DNA of 64,000 nt from Balanoglossus misakiensis. Taxonomy: Eukaryota; Animalia; Hemichordata. The DNA is taken from positions 7,365,677 through 7,429,676 of the forward strand of contig CM082592.2 in NCBI GenBank assembly GCA_040954595.2, given 5' to 3'. Position numbers and translations under genes: made by a program. The notes beneath the pieces are model-generated. The model had not been told where the DNA came from. It saw only the letters and a list, made by a program, of their open reading frames with translations, and searched no databases. Below, piece after piece: positions 61,004-64,000 of the stretch (positions within the stretch are counted from its first letter, which is position 1; every line of letters begins with the position of its first letter).

Positions 61004-63745
61004 ATGGCGAACGGAGCAAGAGGGGATGGAAAGAAAGGGCTAAAAGCTGACTTTGAGTGTCAGTACTGCGACAAGGCATATTGCTTTAAATCACGATACG
61101 AGGCTCATGTCTTGAGTCACACGAAGCCAGAACCGTACTCTTGCGATAAATGTGGCGAGTCATTCCGCAACAAATATGCACTTTTGGAGCACGAATCGAC
61201 TCACACGGATGAAAAAGGATTCCGTTGTAAGACATGTGGGAAGAGCTTTGCCCACGTAAGAAACCTGCTGTTTCACGAGAAAGTGCACAGGGATGACAAC
61301 CCTCACGTTTGTAGATTCTGCGGCCGTAGGTTCACTCACAAAACCCCTCTCGAGAACCACGTACGACTGCACACCGGCGAACGGCCATACAGGTGTGCAA
61401 TTTGCAACGAAGGATACACCTGTCCAGATAATGTTAAACTACATTGCCAAAGACAGCACAGTATGCCAGTGTCAGACTACAGAAGAGCCCTCAGGGTGGA
61501 CCCGCCTGACCGCAAACGGCGACCCTTCACCTGCACGTTTTGTGGGCTGCAGTTCCGTCTGAAGTACCGTCTGGAAAGACATGCGAAAGGGCACAGAATG
61601 AGGATCGAACTAATGAAGAAAAAGAAACGGCTACCAAAATCGTTTGTTTGCACGCACTGCGGTAAGCAGTTCTCGAGTTTATACTACATGCGACAACACC
61701 GGCGTAACGTGCTGACGAAAATCTTTGGTTGCAGCGCGAAAGGCTGTGGAAAGAAATTCACCACGTTGCATGGACTTCGAAGACACGGGGCCGTGCACAA
61801 GGTACATGTAGAGGCTCACAAATGTCAGCACTGTGAAAGGGTGTTCTCAAGCAGGTATGGCGTGCTTTCGCACGAATGGCAGGCGCACCGCGGGCGCCGC
61901 GAGAAGTCGTACGCCTGCAAAACGTGCGGAATGGTCTGCTCGAGTGCGGTTGGCCTGAAAATTCATCGCAGCATTCACAGATCCCACTCTTGCTACTGTG
62001 GGAAAAGGTTTAAGCTGGAGGAGGCCCTCGTTTACCACCAGATAATGCACAGCCATGAATCCGACAGACCCCCTACAAATAAACAGCTTTCTGAAACCAA
62101 TGGGGTTGAAGAGGAAACTGTTTCGAAAGGGGAGTCAGACGACAGAAAGACATCATCGTCGGACAGTGAAAAACCACTTAAGAAACAGCTGCTGTCCTGC
62201 CCCTGCTGTTCTTTCACATGTTGCAGTAAGAGACTCATGGACAGCCACAGGGCAATACAACATATGCCAAGGAAGAGATCTAGTTTGAGTACTACGACAC
62301 CAGACCCATGTAAGACAAATCATCCGGGTAGAAAAAAATCAAATGATCGACCAAAAGCTCAAGAAGCAGGAGAGGAATCGTCCGACAACTCCAGCCTTGA
62401 TGAAAATGAACATGCGTGTACTGATGATAGTGATACAAATATGCTGTCAAAGGGAAGTAACACAAACGAGACGATAACACAGGCAACAAGTCTTCAGGGA
62501 GACGACGAGACACCCGATTGCAATTCTTGTCGTACAGAGCAAGAGAAAACCCAAAGTGGACTATCATATGATGATGGCAATATTGGGCCTGACTCTGAGA
62601 CATACGAAGGTGGAAATTCCATTGTGTATGATCCTCCTGCAACTGGCCATGGGTTAACCGCGCTTCGGAGCTTATCCGAATGTACACCAGACGATGATGA
62701 CAGCGGCACTGAGGATAATTATCGTCCAGGAATCGGGCAGGAAAAACGTGATGAAAGTGCCTTCCTTGATGTCTGTGGGCCAGGAGCACCAGTGATCAGC
62801 GCTTGTGGGACAGTCAGCGGGGAGAACGTGGCATCCACAGAAATGCCTCCTCATCTGTCATCTGCTGGGGCTTTACCCGTGTCCGACTTCCAGTGGAACT
62901 TCAACTCTGACGTTATTGAGATCAGCAACATAGAAAGCCTTGAAGACAGCGGAGCGGGTAATAATTTCAGCGAGGCCGAAACTGCTACAGTCCAGAGCGA
63001 GTTGGTAAACGATAACAGCACCTGTCAATCAAGAGCAGTGGCGACGCAACAGGAAAGAGAAGAAGACGTCAGTGAGAAAGACAGTCTAACCTCCGATCTT
63101 CAATTTTCACGCAAGATGCAAGGTGGCGATAACCCTTACATAATTGACGTAATAGAAATAAAATCGGAGGATGAAGACGATGATAAATGCAAGGTTGAGA
63201 ATCAAGGTCCAACTGTGAGAGACAAGGTGAACCGTGGCAATAGCTCTGTGAATGACGAAAAGCAAGTTGGCAGCTCTCAATGGGAAATACCTCTCGCTAA
63301 GCAGAGGGCGGCTACAAGAAGGCAGTTTCCCACAGCAGTGGACAGGAAATTAGAAGCCAAGGAATACACATCGGGCAAGACAGTAAATGATCAGCAGCGT
63401 TTTGAGAAGAAGTCGTTGGTAACCAATTCAAGGAAGTTTGATGATAGTGTTGAAATATGCCCAGCGCCGAAAATTAACGACATACCACTGATCGTTCTGG
63501 ACGATGATGACCCACAAGTCCAAACTAGCGGCAGACGTCCAGCCACAAGTGACAGAAACAAGCCGAAGCAATTCTCCAAGAAATGCGTCCACTGTGGCAT
63601 AGGGTACTCAGACTTAATGCTTTTCTTGCTGCACAGGGGGTTTCATGGACCAGGGGGACAATTTCATTGCAGTGCTTGCGATAAAGTCTTCAAAGACAGT
63701 GTGGATTTCAACATTCATCTCAGCAGTCATCCCCTGCACCAGTGA
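61004..63745 (+). CDS. Poly-C2H2 zinc-finger protein with Ikaros/Hunchback-type C-terminal double finger, gene 3 (913 aa, single coding exon)
   Basis: About 12 N-terminal C2H2 fingers (one degenerate); a long acidic linker with SIM-like motifs (DVIEI, IIDVIEIKSEDEDDD, IPLIVLDDDD); C-terminal KCVHCGIGYSDLMLFLLHRGFH...HLSSHPLHQ. Confidence 0.9.
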   Translation: MANGARGDGKKGLKADFECQYCDKAYCFKSRYEAHVLSHTKPEPYSCDKCGESFRNKYALLEHESTHTDEKGFRCKTCGKSFAHVRNLLFHEKVHRDDNPHVCRFCGRRFTHKTPLENHVRLHTGERPYRCAICNEGYTCPDNVKLHCQRQHSMPVSDYRRALRVDPPDRKRRPFTCTFCGLQFRLKYRLERHAKGHRMRIELMKKKKRLPKSFVCTHCGKQFSSLYYMRQHRRNVLTKIFGCSAKGCGKKFTTLHGLRRHGAVHKVHVEAHKCQHCERVFSSRYGVLSHEWQAHRGRREKSYACKTCGMVCSSAVGLKIHRSIHRSHSCYCGKRFKLEEALVYHQIMHSHESDRPPTNKQLSETNGVEEETVSKGESDDRKTSSSDSEKPLKKQLLSCPCCSFTCCSKRLMDSHRAIQHMPRKRSSLSTTTPDPCKTNHPGRKKSNDRPKAQEAGEESSDNSSLDENEHACTDDSDTNMLSKGSNTNETITQATSLQGDDETPDCNSCRTEQEKTQSGLSYDDGNIGPDSETYEGGNSIVYDPPATGHGLTALRSLSECTPDDDDSGTEDNYRPGIGQEKRDESAFLDVCGPGAPVISACGTVSGENVASTEMPPHLSSAGALPVSDFQWNFNSDVIEISNIESLEDSGAGNNFSEAETATVQSELVNDNSTCQSRAVATQQEREEDVSEKDSLTSDLQFSRKMQGGDNPYIIDVIEIKSEDEDDDKCKVENQGPTVRDKVNRGNSSVNDEKQVGSSQWEIPLAKQRAATRRQFPTAVDRKLEAKEYTSGKTVNDQQRFEKKSLVTNSRKFDDSVEICPAPKINDIPLIVLDDDDPQVQTSGRRPATSDRNKPKQFSKKCVHCGIGYSDLMLFLLHRGFHGPGGQFHCSACDKVFKDSVDFNIHLSSHPLHQ

Positions 63746-64000
63746 CGTTTGTCTTGAAACTTTTCCATTTCTAATATGTCAGCCGATATTTTCTCAGGAT
63801 ATATTTACACCTACTGTGGTGTTCTGTGTTACAAAACATTTCTGTATATGTTATTTTCAGTTTACATCCATTGATCGAACTGGAATGACCAAGCACTACA
63901 CGACACGACTGGTCAGATAAAATAATTTATTTTTGAGACTCAAAAAGAACCATTTCAGAGCTCATAGAAATAAAGAAAACAGTGAACACATGAGTAGATA

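Noticed and set aside
1-64000. Prokaryotic-type systems (CRISPR arrays, operons, defence islands), tRNA and rRNA genes
   Set aside because: The sequence is intron-rich animal DNA. No regularly spaced repeat-spacer array, cloverleaf or rRNA segment was seen.

Overview
Gene-dense eukaryotic (metazoan) genomic DNA with short spliceosomal introns. The gene set and intron style suggest a non-vertebrate bilaterian, possibly an invertebrate deuterostome (inference only). Left to right: the 3' part of SMG6 (+); two tandem MGCGSS-initiated four-EF-hand calmodulin-like genes (+); an 82-aa type I membrane microprotein missed by the ORF track (-); NSRP1 (+); an ankyrin-less ANKRD27/VARP-like VPS9 protein (-); THOC5 (+), hosting a SNORD37-like C/D snoRNA; SUDS3 (-) and DERL2 (+), head-to-head, each with a U12-type intron; a divergent class A GPCR (-); KIF22 (-); PAGR1 (+); a KCTD10/KCTD13/TNFAIP1 gene (+); a PtpB/IphP-like tyrosine phosphatase (-); and three tandem C2H2 zinc-finger genes ending in an Ikaros/Hunchback-type double finger. 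Three non-autonomous inverted-repeat transposons with clear target-site duplications are present. The most interesting candidate system is the zinc-finger cluster: variable N-terminal finger arrays, SIM/SUMO/CtBP-motif linkers, a C-terminal module about 95% identical at DNA level between two otherwise unalignable genes, and perfect DR4 nuclear-receptor elements upstream of the third gene. Gene names come from recalled family motifs, not database searches. Exon boundaries were read by eye.
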